From Psammoneis japonica (lineage: Eukaryota): DNA of 64,000 nt. A program made the position numbers and the translations under genes. Where the stretch lies: positions 124,001-188,000 of the forward strand of contig QPGO01000152.1 of the NCBI GenBank assembly GCA_008632985.1, read 5' to 3'. Position 1 is the first letter of the stretch. Each line of letters opens with the position of its first letter. Shown here piece by piece: positions 12,055 to 23,000 of the stretch. The notes beneath the pieces are model-generated. The model was given only the letters and a program-made list of their open reading frames with translations, ran no database searches and had not been told where the DNA came from.

Positions 12055-13966
12055 CCACTTCCAGTGTGTTCCTGTGGCCTCTGCGGAGACTTTGAATCAT
12101 TGCACGCCAAATTTTGTGGGGCAGAGCTTTTTCAACGCATGGATCCAAATCTGCACCATGCACCGTGTTACAGCACAGCACTGCATCTTTTCAAAAATCA
12201 ACATCTGTCGGTGTTGTCAATGCCACCCATGCGTTGCAAGGCATGTCGCAATGGTGCATGTCCACTTTTTCTTGCTCCTCTTGTCATTGTCAATGTTGGC
12301 TTGATCTGCCATTCTCTTCTTTGATGCATGCTTTTTTGTCGCTTTTTCAGATTTTGCCATGAAATCCGTTCTGAACGCTGCTTTTGCACTCCCCTTTGCT
12401 CTTTGGTCTGTAGTTCACTTTCTGCATTTTCGGCACTCGGCTTTGGCTCGGGCATGGGCAACCTTTTTCACGAGATTCTTCCATGTGTGCTTCAGTGATG
12501 CAATGGTCAATCGTTTGCTGCTGTTCTCTTGGGCTGTTTTCAAGAAGGAGCGTTGCAAAACCTTGTCTCCCATTGCCTTCCCCATGCAGAAGTGAAGAAA
12601 ATCATTGCCACGACATTCAAAAGCTTTTGCGTCACAGTGTCCCCGCACCTGATGCAACAGTGTCTTTGCAACTGTAAAACAAGGTTTGGAAACCAAGGCA
12701 AGCCAACCCATGTTTTGACTTTGTTCTCCTTGTGAACAATGGTCACTCATGTGATCATTGTCCAATGTTGCTTTGTTGTGAGTGGCATTTTGATTTTGGA
12801 CTGGAGACGGCCGCCATCATTGACTCCTCAAACAACAAAAGAAGATCCCCCATCATGTGTTGACATGACACATTGAAGGTGAGCCCATCTGCATGGTTCA
12901 TTGTCCAAACAGCCTTGAACCAGTTTTCATTCACAGTGTGTACACTGACCCTTGCGATCTTCTGAAAATCATCATCGTTCTTCAACAGTCCATCATGTCT
13001 GGCTCATTAAAATGGGCTCAGTGGGGATTTCGGCAGCATTGCTTGGCATTCCTCTCAAGACTCAGTGGCACTGCCGTGTCTTTCCCTTGGCAGCAATTGC
13101 CGGTGAGAACATTTCTGTTTGTTCTGTGTTCATGTGTTCAATTTTGTTGCCTCTCTTGAAGCCTGTGTCGAAAACAATGTTCTCACTGCTTGCATCCCCC
13201 CTTCTCTTTTTGGCCTCCCACTGCAACTGCCGGCAGCTGCTTGCGGGGACGACATCTGCTGAATGACCTGGCGTGACAGTTCACAGGTCGTGGTTTGATG
13301 TGTGGCTTGGCATGATCAAGGCGAGAAAAAACAACGAATGCGTCCGATTGTGAAAGATGGAACAAGGAGAGCTGGCTGTCATGCACCCACAGGGTTCTGT
13401 CACAGTGTGCTCTAAATGTCCCATCAAAAGATTCACCCCACAGCATCAGACAGCATTGGGAGTCGCTCATGCTGACAATGGCAATGTTGGGATCTCAAAC
13501 GGATCTGGATCGGGCATCAGCATGATGTGATGCATGATGGTGCGACGGAAAAACCGCACCGCAACAAACCACCTGCACACAACTCTGGTCTCCTTGCGTG
13601 ATTTTCACAAGGCGGGTCATGTTGCGCTTGTTGGATGCCAAGTGTGCAGAATGTGTCACATTGCACTTGTCACCCAAGTTGCAAATGCAAGCCTTCTTTG
13701 CCTTCCTTTTTGTGTCGGTTGCAGCCTTGGTGTCAGGTGCCATTGCACTGAAAATTCACAAATGAAACAAAGTGGCTCTGATGGCAATTGCATCCATTTT
13801 GTTGTTTTGTTGTTCCGTTGACAGCAACATTGATGCTGATTGTCAAGTGCCATTGTGGTGCAGTGTTCAGAAAAAAATCAAAAATTTTGAAAAGCTCCGC
13901 CCCGCAAAATTCAGCATGCAAAAACTCGAAGTCCCCGCAGCCAATGCACAATCATGCTGGAAATGG
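12055..13966. mobile_element. Degenerate DNA transposon with ~110-bp imperfect TIRs
   Basis: CCACTTCCAG...CTGCGGAGACTTTGAATCATTGCACGCCAAATTTTGTGGGGCAGAGCTTTT from 12055 is inverted at ~13860-13966; decayed internal minus-strand ORF fragments; no clean TSD. Confidence 0.6.
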
Positions 13967-14791
13967 GAGGCCCGCTGGCAACTGATCTGACGCTGATTGA
14001 ACAAGGACAAATTGTTGAAGCCTGCGGTGGAGCCTGTGCAGCCCCACCTGTCCTGTTGTTTAATTGTGTGTCCATGATGCAAGCCATCGCAAATGCAGAC
14101 TGCGACCCGCATCTGGATTCAGTGCTGGGGTGGGGGTTCAAGAATGGTCACATGAAGAAAGACCAAGGGACAACACAAACACAAACACAATCTCACTTTC
14201 TTTCAATCAAATGCACACCACAGCACTGTCTCAGTTTTGTGGGCACGTCACATCCTCCAGTGCATGCCCAGTGTGGTGTGTGGGGTGACGCAAAAATGGC
14301 AACAGCAGCATGGTGTTTGAAGCAGACACCAAAGAAGGCATCTCCAAATGCTTCAAAAGCACATGTGGGCAACCCAGGGCTTGAGTGTCCATTGGTCTCA
14401 CACAGGAGTCAAAAGGAAATTTCTTGCAATCACTGTGTGCTGGCCCTGCTGATGGAAATTGAAGGCAAATGGCAAGAATTCAAACAACAACTCCTCACTG
14501 CTGTCTAAACAGCAGATGAGTCTCCGCTCAGAGACCGTTGCAGGAGCCAAAAGACGTGCAAGTCGGTGTGATCGGGCTGCTGTTGTCATTCTTGTGAGCC
14601 TTGTGGCTCGAAAGCAAACTACATCGCGCGCGAACGCGCGGAACTAAAGCACACAAAATTGTGCGCGGTAAACTAAACAGCGCGCGACATTTCGCACGCA
14701 CCCAAATCCTGTTCAAATCCTGTCACTCCCCAGTTTGCTTGAGGAGTCACAGAAACAGATTCGACTTCGGATTGACTAAAGAACTTTGGAG

Positions 14792-16465
14792 TCAAAGCAC
14801 CAAAACATGAGGAGACAAGAAAGGATCAAGATCCAAGAGCAATGTTGCATTCTCCAAGTGGGTCATCTTGAGATGAGCTGCGTCTCCCCAATTGCAGATG
14901 CCGTTGTGCTTTTCAAAGCTCAAGGCACACTTGGGATCTTGTGGGATTCCACATCTGCACTTGCAATGGAAGGAGCAAAGCTTGGTCTGGTTGACAATGT
15001 TGAACGGCGGGGCAACATTGCAGGCGGCATGGCGTTTGCACGACTCGGGGAACAGAGCAAGCATGAGTTCAAAGGCACAAGCGGTGGTCTTGTGTTCCAC
15101 CAATCTGATTGCAAGCTCAGCTGCATCTCCTGAGAGACTGATCCAATTGGAGAAACGAGTCTCAAGGTGCAAGCCTTCGGGGATCGGATTGGAGCAAGAC
15201 ATCTTGCAGTGCAAGGCTGCAGATGTCTGATTGGGGCAACCAGTCCCGTGCTGCAAGACTTCTGGGATCCAAAAGGACTTGCCAGTCTTGTGACACGAGT
15301 CTTCGGGGATCCAATCAGGAGGCCAAGTCTCGTGGCACAAGACTTGAGAGATCCAATCCGGAGGCCGAGTCTTGAGGTATGAGATGTGGAGGATCCAATT
15401 GGGAGGCCCGGTCTTGAGGCACGAGACGTGGAGAGTCCAGTTGGGAGGCCTGGTCTCAGGGCACGAGACTTGGGGCATCCGATCAGGAGGCCCAGTCTCG
15501 ATGTACGACACTTGGGGCATCCAATCAGGAGGCCCAGTCTCGAGGCACGAGACTTGAGGCATCCAATCAGGAGGCCCAGTCTCGAGGTGCGAGACTTGGG
15601 ACATCCAATCAGGAGACCTGGTCTCGAGGTACGAGACTTGGGGTCCCCAATCAGGAGACCTGGTCTCGAGGTACGAGACTTGGGGCATCCAATCAGGAGG
15701 CCCAGTCTCGAGGTACGAGACTTGGGGGATCCAACCAGGAGGCCCAGTCTCGAGGTACGAGACTTGAGGCATCCAATCAGGAGGCCCAGTCTCGAGGTAC
15801 GAGACTTGAGGCATCCAATCAGGAGACCTGGTCTCGAGGTGCGAGACTTGGGGCATCCAATCAGGGGGCCTGGTCTCGAGGTACGAGACTTGGGGCATCC
15901 AATCAGGAGGCCCAGTCTCGAGGTGCGAGACTTGAGGCATCCAATCAGGAGGCCTGGTCTCGAGGTACGAGCCTGTGCAAGGGCTGCAATCCTGCACTGG
16001 GCCGAGGTTGCTTGCAGGCGGGTTGGTCAAGACATGTGGGGCGCGACTGACACCACTTCTAGGGGACACCTGAGTGGCGGCACAGTGCAAGGCTGGTGTC
16101 AAAATGGCACTGGGTTCATCTGGTTTGGATGGCAAGGGACTCGGCACAGGTGCGGAGGGTGCTGCGCCAGTGGCTAGAGAGGTCAAGCAGTCCGGACCAA
16201 GGCGGCAGTTGCGAAATTCCTCGGGTGTGAGCAACTGGGGTTCATTGGTCACATCATCACCGTTGCAAACTTTGACAAAGCAGAAGCTGATCAAAGCTGC
16301 TAGGAGGTTTCTGTGGGTCCATGGCAAAGGCACTACATTGGCGCCGTCTCTGTAAGTGAGGGTGTCAATTTGGGTGGGTAAGAACGTGAACAATTCCTCG
16401 CACAATTCAATCCCGTTGATGGACAGGGCAGAACGAAGAGGGCTGTCATTGTCTTGATTGAGCAC
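14792..16465 (-). CDS. Copia-derived ORF: gag-like N-terminus, ~20 14-aa repeats, pre-RT fragment (expression unknown)
   Basis: 557-codon open frame; DSPLRSALSINGI...IDTLTY resembles diatom Copia gag starts; C-terminal CGIPQDPKCALSFEKHNG..NWGDA resembles the segment preceding Copia RT. Confidence 0.5.
   Translation of the reverse strand: MLNQDNDSPLRSALSINGIELCEELFTFLPTQIDTLTYRDGANVVPLPWTHRNLLAALISFCFVKVCNGDDVTNEPQLLTPEEFRNCRLGPDCLTSLATGAAPSAPVPSPLPSKPDEPSAILTPALHCAATQVSPRSGVSRAPHVLTNPPASNLGPVQDCSPCTGSYLETRPPDWMPQVSHLETGPPDWMPQVSYLETRPPDWMPQVSHLETRSPDWMPQVSYLETGPPDWMPQVSYLETGPPGWIPQVSYLETGPPDWMPQVSYLETRSPDWGPQVSYLETRSPDWMSQVSHLETGPPDWMPQVSCLETGPPDWMPQVSYIETGPPDRMPQVSCPETRPPNWTLHVSCLKTGPPNWILHISYLKTRPPDWISQVLCHETWPPDWIPEDSCHKTGKSFWIPEVLQHGTGCPNQTSAALHCKMSCSNPIPEGLHLETRFSNWISLSGDAAELAIRLVEHKTTACAFELMLALFPESCKRHAACNVAPPFNIVNQTKLCSFHCKCRCGIPQDPKCALSFEKHNGICNWGDAAHLKMTHLENATLLLDLDPFLSPHVLVL
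15130..15971. repeat. 42-bp tandem array (~20 units, ~15 well conserved) encoding SYLETGPPDWMPQV on the minus strand
   Basis: Unit GGCATCCAATCAGGAGGCCCAGTCTCGAGGTACGAGACTTGG repeats with period 42 and decays toward 15130. Confidence 0.95.
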
Positions 16466-18577
16466 AGTGCCTAGAATGCATTTGAAGCTGTCGGTTTGTT
16501 GCTGTCATGTGAGAACCATGACGGAGGACGGTGCAGTAGAAACAAAAGACAGGATCCAATCTAGAGCGCGATCTTGACTGGGAGTTTTGACTTGGAACTT
16601 GGCTTGAAAAAGACTTGACTTGAGCCAGACTTGACTTGAAATCTTGGACTGTCCTAAAATCAGAAGTCGCCGGGCTGTGCTGTCCCATTTGTTGTCAAGT
16701 GCTGAGCTTCCTATCCGGTCCGTAGAGTTGTGCCGGCACGTCCGAACCCGCAGCCAGCGGCGCTTTGGGTTGCTTACGAGTGGAGCAGCGGGTTGTAAAC
16801 CCCTGCAGGCAAGCTGACTAGAGGTGGACAAGACCCCCGAACCGTTCTTATTTTACATCGGTTGGATTTCCCGATCAGGCTGGCCAGTTGACGTAGGCGC
16901 AGGTGCTGTGGACGAACGAACAAACGCGGGAAAACACCCTCGCCCCAACGCAGGCTGCAATCACGGCTGCTTGCTCTCACAGTCGTCCTCGTGGACCTGG
17001 CAGAACTGCAGAGCACCAGTGGTCCGGGGCAGATCAGGTACAATGGACTCGGCGTGCTTGCAGAGTGGCAGCAAAGCTGCAGTCCAAAGAGTGGGTTCAA
17101 GTCCTTGGCCGTGAAGATGTGTGTGCACACATGTCTTCAGCGACGGAGATCCTTGAACATGTGGGGTTCTTGACCGTTAACCGTTGAATGGGCAGGGCCT
17201 GTGTCACGGGATGAGGATCAAGGATGGGCTTGGATGTGACCGTTCAATGCATGTCTTCAGCGATCAAAGGTGGCATGATCAATCCAGATGTCCAGCGGTG
17301 AGGAGACTTGACGGTGACGTTAACTTCCTGCCGATGCCCTGGCATTGGATGCGCGCAGACTTGCCGATGTGCGTAGAACATGTGCGGAGGTCCACGCAGA
17401 ATTGAGACAGTGCTGTCGGCAAATCAACGACGACGATGGCGGTTGCTCAATGGGTTGACAATGAGCAAGACTGTTAATCTGACAGAAATTGAAGGCAAAT
17501 GGCAAGAATTCAAACAATGACTCCTTGCTGCTGTCTAAATGGCAGATGAGTCTCCGCTCAGAGACCGTTGCAGGAGCCGAAAGACATGCAAGTCGGTGCA
17601 ATCGGGCTGCTGTCATCATTCTTGTGAGCCTTGTGGCTCGAAAGCAAACTGCATCGCACGCGAACGCGCGGAACCAAAGCACACAAAACTGTGCGCGGTA
17701 AACCAAACAGCGCGCGACATTTCGCGCGCACCTGAATCCTGTTCAAATCCTGTCACCTGCGCTGCCTCTCTTCTTTGAGAGCAGCAGGGTTGTTGCAGAG
17801 CAAGCTGCCTGTGCCAGGAGACAAAAATGCATGAGTGCTGCTGGCACTGCTGACTGAGCTGTGGCTGCATTGTGCACACATGCCAGCATGCTCTGTGCTC
17901 TGCAAAAATGAGACAAGAGCACAAAAGAGCTTGTGACCAGAGCTGGCACTCTGCAAGAGCGGCTTTCAATGATGATGATGCACGGCAAGCTCAAAGAGCT
18001 CCTGCGGGGCACTTTTGTCAACTTTTTGGATTGGAAGACAAGAATGCAGTGCTTGACAAGTTGTTGGTGTGAGAACACAGAAAAATGAGATGCGACAAAA
18101 ACCACCAACAAGTGCCAGCAGGTTCTGAAGTCTGCGGAGGCACCAGGAGGTTTGCCAGCCATTCTTGCCACAGCACCAGTGCTTTTCTAAAACTGAATGT
18201 TTGCGCACATCACAAGAACAAAGCAAGAGACAAGACACTCTTTCACACGTGCATGTAGGAACGAGGGCGGCTGCGAAAGCACGCACAGCGAGGCGCTGAC
18301 AGTGACTGGCTAGCAGGGGGTCAGACGGTCGGTGATGCGATGACGTTTCGTGCCTGAAGACATGGCCTTCAGTCGTCACTCTCGCCAGTTATTTACAGTG
18401 ACAGACGCGGCAGACAGCAAGACGATCGTTTTCCCGCCATGTTATGTATGCGTGTACTCAACCGCATCAACGCGAAGTGATGGTGAGATGTGAAGATGGG
18501 TGAGTGCCGTGAAAACACTCGGCACTCGGCACATCCATCGCAGAGCGCAACTGTGCCAACACTGTAAACGAAACTAA

Positions 18578-19824
18578 ATGGTTCAAGCTTTTCTCCGGTT
18601 ATTGACTCGGCGGCGGTGGAGGACTTTTACTTCTATTTCGACACGACGGCTCCTCTACACACAGATCGATGAAGAAGAGGCTCGTCGCCTTCAGCCCTCG
18701 ATTCGTAAACATGCCGCCATGGCTCCGAATCCCGTGAGTTTGGAAGAAGTCTTGAGAGCCACGGAGGAGCCAATCAATGAGGTGGCAGGGTTTCTACAGA
18801 CGGAATTCTCCATTCGATGTGCCCAACGGATACTCATGATGCAAAAGCGAATACCACAATTTGCACAAATCGAAGAACTCCAACAAGCTTATTACTTACA
18901 CTTGAACGCCTTTGCTGCAGTGCAACGAGTAGGCGATATGGAACTGGATACCGATAACAACTTTAGGAACGTGGTTCTCGCCGTTGTCGAGAATGGTAGA
19001 GACATCATTCCGCTCATGTGCCAGGGCATGCTCCGACTGGTGCGAGAGAACAGCGACGTAGATGAGGCGTTTTGTGACAAGTTTCTCAATGAATTTTGTT
19101 GAATCGCATTGGAACAAACGTTTTAATGTCACAGTATCTGTCTATATGTAATGAGACGCCCACGAGCATTGTGAATCCTCATTGCGATGTCACGGCTCTG
19201 TGTCGCACGACGGCTCGAGATGTACAGTTGCTCTGCAAGCGTGAGACTGGATACTTTCCGAACATTTGTGTGGAATCCTATTCTACAAGTGAGGATCACG
19301 AAAAAGACAGCGCCGCCACTTTTGCCTTTATCCCAGCGGCGCTTTCGTACATTCTCCAAGAGTTGCTCAAGAACAGCTCCGTCGCGACAGCCAACAAGGT
19401 TGCAGCTGTGCGGCACAACAAAAACAACACGGATCAAGCACGTCCTATATCGGTGGTGGTGTGTACAGATGACAGACGCGTCATGATTAATGTGGGAGAT
19501 CTGGCGGGTGGGATACCCTTTGATGTTGGTCAACACATATGGTCCTATCTCTATACAACCACAAAACAAAAAACCGGAGATGGTAGAGATGATGGAGATG
19601 CAACGGAACTTGGTGGATTCGGTGTTGGCCTACCATTGTCCCGGCTCTATGCGAGCTATTTGGGCGGATCACTTAATCTCGTATCTTTGCCGGGTTATGG
19701 AACACATGCGTATTTGTTTTTGCCTCGATTGACTGAAAATTTGGTGGAGATTGTGCCGGGGCACGACGATAATGAATGGGATCGTGCGGCTGCAACAAAA
19801 TCCTTTGGGGAATTCATACTTTAA
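18578..19824 (+). CDS. Mitochondrial pyruvate/branched-chain ketoacid dehydrogenase kinase family protein (one apparent frameshift at ~19095)
   Basis: Arg-rich transit-like N-terminus; EFSIRCAQRI, NRIGTNVLMSQY, ELLKNS (N-box), DLAGGIP (G1), GGFGVGLPLSRLYASYLGGSL and GYGTHAY. Confidence 0.85.
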
Positions 19825-20079
19825 AGCGTTGTGGTGTTTGCAAGAAATAAGCTATTTAACTAGTGGCGCGAAGTTCATTCTTCCGATTTTATTAATCGGA
19901 ACAGACGGATAGATGGGCTTATAAATCGGGGAAGCACAAAGAATTATTGCCGCACGAACGAGTCGCTCCCCACCCACAGTACTCTTGAGTGTAAGGATAC
20001 TAGCGCGACTCCTACAACTGTATCAAGAAAAGCTGAAAACTAGTTTCTAAATCGGTAACTGCAAACTAAATTATTGCTG

Positions 20080-23000
20080 TTACGATGAAGGGTACTTTAT
20101 GTCTTCTTCCGTCAAGGAACGACCCATAACAATCCATGGATGTCGAAGTGCCGCTTCCGCTGTTGGTCTTCCATCCGGGTCAATGGTTAATAGAGTCCGT
20201 ACGAAATCAACAAACATAACTTGCTCTTCTTCTTCCGCTGTGCCCTTGGGGCGTTCCATCAAGTTTGAATCAAAGCCTAATCTTGCAGCGAGTGTGGTTG
20301 ACTTTGGTTGAAATACGTCAAACAAAGGTTGAGAGTCACGGTGTCGTCGGCTGTCATCGTCGCTCTCTTCATCGCCCTCGAAACTCAACAGCCCCGAAGG
20401 ATCCTTCTTTTCTTCGTCGCCCGACGACTCCACTTGCTCATACAGCAAGCCACTGTTTGCGAAGAAGCGTCCACTCTGACGGCCTGAGGCTATCATGTGA
20501 CGAGGGAAAGGCCCACAGATAGCTTCGATTCGACTGAGCATAGAAACAATCGAATCGTTTTGGAATGTGACCTCCCCCGTATACATTTCCGCCACAACGC
20601 AGCCAAGAGACCAAATGTCAATCTTCCCATCGTAAGGCAATCCAAGTACGACTTCAGGAGCTCTGTAGCTTCGACTTTGTATGTACGAGCTTTGTCGGTC
20701 CGTTAGGTAACAGCTGCTGCCAAAATCAATCAACTTCACCTTCGCCCGGGAGTATGAAGAAAGCAATATGTTTTCTGGCTTCACATCCGAGTGGACTAGA
20801 CGTAACTTATGCACAAAGTCAAGTGCAATCAAAACTTGCCTCGTGATGTAGCACAATCGGGAGAGAGTGAAGTACGGTTCCTCGTCATTGTCGATGATAA
20901 ACTTGCCGAATTCAAACAGATTCTGCCGTAGGAGTTCTGTCACAATAATCAGATGCTCACGATGATAAAAGAAGGTTTTCATTTCGACAATACAATTTTC
21001 GTCGCACTTTCCAGTTTTCCGCAGTAGCTCGAGAATCTTGATTTCGTCAAGGGACTGGTCAAAGAAATCCTTTGTGTTTTTGATGACCTTGAGGCATACT
21101 TCCTCGTGTGTCTAAGCGAAAGTAGAAAAAGCCAACGACATGAGAAAACAAAGCAAACGCATCGCAACTGAAGTACGAATCGAAAACACTTACCGTTCCA
21201 GATTCGGTGGTAGTTTCTGAGTTCAGGTCAATACAGCGATAGGCAGTGCTGAACGCTGCGCTGCCGATTTCGTTCTCCACCAGATACTGTCCGGCGACTA
21301 TATTCCCAGGTTCCAAGAAGAGATCTTTTGTCGGCTCAAATCCAGTAACATTCGATTTGTAAATAATGGGCAAGTGGAAGTACTCAAGATCACCCATTTC
21401 GCCTTTGCCAGAGGGGCGCACCCCGGGGAAATCGGGATGAGCTTCGACCGCTGGCTCTTCGTCAGATGAATTATCTGACTCATCACCCGAGCTAAGCGTC
21501 TCGCTGCCGGACAGTGATTCATCACTGGCGGCGGATGAAACTGAGTCGGAGGTATGACTGTTGTCTGCGTCAGGAGTCCGCTTCTCCAGCAACTCTCCCG
21601 CCTTGACGGCATTGTAGCGTTTCTCTTCTCGGTCTAATAACTCCTCCGCTTCCTCGAGGTCTCGCTCAAACCCTCTATCCGATTCTTTAGTTTCAGTATC
21701 TAGTTTGGCAGGCGCACTGTCATTCGCTCCGCTCAAGCTCCTTTCTGATTTATCAATGACAGAATTTAACATCTTCTGAAATTCCCTTTCCACACGACGT
21801 AGCTGTGATCTCGACAAACGAATGATTCGGTAGCCTGCTTCGTTTGGATTAGAATCATCCCATGCAGGTATCTTCTCCAAAGCTTCTTGCTTTGACGAAG
21901 GATCTACACCATATGGAAGTAAATGTGCGCACAGCGTCCTCATTAACTCCCGTGCTTCCTCGTCGATAGATTCCTCCTCCTCCACGTCAGCCGCGTACTT
22001 GTCACGGGAAGCATCCTTTTCCTTTGGAGAATCGTTCGTGAGAGCACTGCTCATGAACGACATGAAACTCTCCGCATTTACAGATAATGACTGTAGTATA
22101 GTGGGAGATGCCGTAGAGTCAGTATCAGAGTCAGAAGTCGATTCATCGTCCGTGTCAGTATAGTCTTCGTCATCTTCGTATGCTTGGGTAGATGGGGAGA
22201 CTGAAGGTTCTAGAACCACTCCTGTCGTACCTCCAGCCTTTTTACTAAGGGGCCCCAGTACTCTGCTAATCGAATCGTTTCCTCCATCCATTGATTCGAG
22301 CGTGACGCTATCTTCGTATTCGTGCTCCGACTCATTCATGTCAAACGACTTTGAGATCGTGCTTTTCGGGGAGATCCCGTGTTCCAGTAGCGTTGATGAA
22401 GGGGTATCGTAATCCCCATCACCCAAATCTGCTTTAACGCCCGTAGCAGCCTTAAGTAGTTGTTTCTTGTTCTTTGCAATCTCTCTGAGAGTTTCTTCCT
22501 CCGCAAGCAGCTCATCAACCACGGATAAGTTCTTCATTCCCGATTCGGTTTCACCTAGATCAGACGGTTCCCTCTCGACTCTTCGTCGGGTAGGTCTGGC
22601 CTCTCGATCATTGTGAGTGGAAGCAACAGAATCACTGCCATGGGGATTCACCAAGGCTTCCAGGGCTTGGGACAATGAATCTTTGACAATGCCGTCAACC
22701 TCAGAATCAAACGAAGATCGTGTTTGCAAAAGTCGGTCGACTTCGAGTGGTTGTCGACGGTCTCCAGTGTCACAGCTACCTGCTCGCTCGAGAATAGCCA
22801 ACAACACCCGTTCGACTCCTCGTTGCACCTCTTCTTCTCTCGACTCGAAGGTAGTGCCTGATTGGTCTGTAAAGGAATCCTTCCGATTGCTTTCAAGGGA
22901 TTGTGCGACCGGGTCGCCATGCATTATATTTGGTGCATTTTCTGAACCCTCGGTTTCCCTAAAGAGATCGTCCGACTGAGCCTTCCTCATTTCGAGGTCC

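Larger units (their letters stand above)
14450..17755 (-). mobile_element. Non-autonomous, internally deleted Ty1/Copia-type LTR element (3306 bp)
   Basis: 276-bp LTRs at 14450-14725 and 17480-17755 (TGA...TCA); perfect TSD CCTGC (14445-14449, 17756-17760); PPT GGGGAG next to the 3' LTR; gag-like N-terminus and a pre-RT fragment, but no RT, INT or RH core. Confidence 0.92.

Noticed and set aside
15130..15971. Regular array resembling a CRISPR locus
   Set aside because: Contiguous tandem units without unique spacers, no cas genes, and located inside an LTR element of a eukaryote.
15386..16177. 263-aa plus-strand Arg-rich repeat ORF
   Set aside because: Antisense shadow of the 42-bp array.
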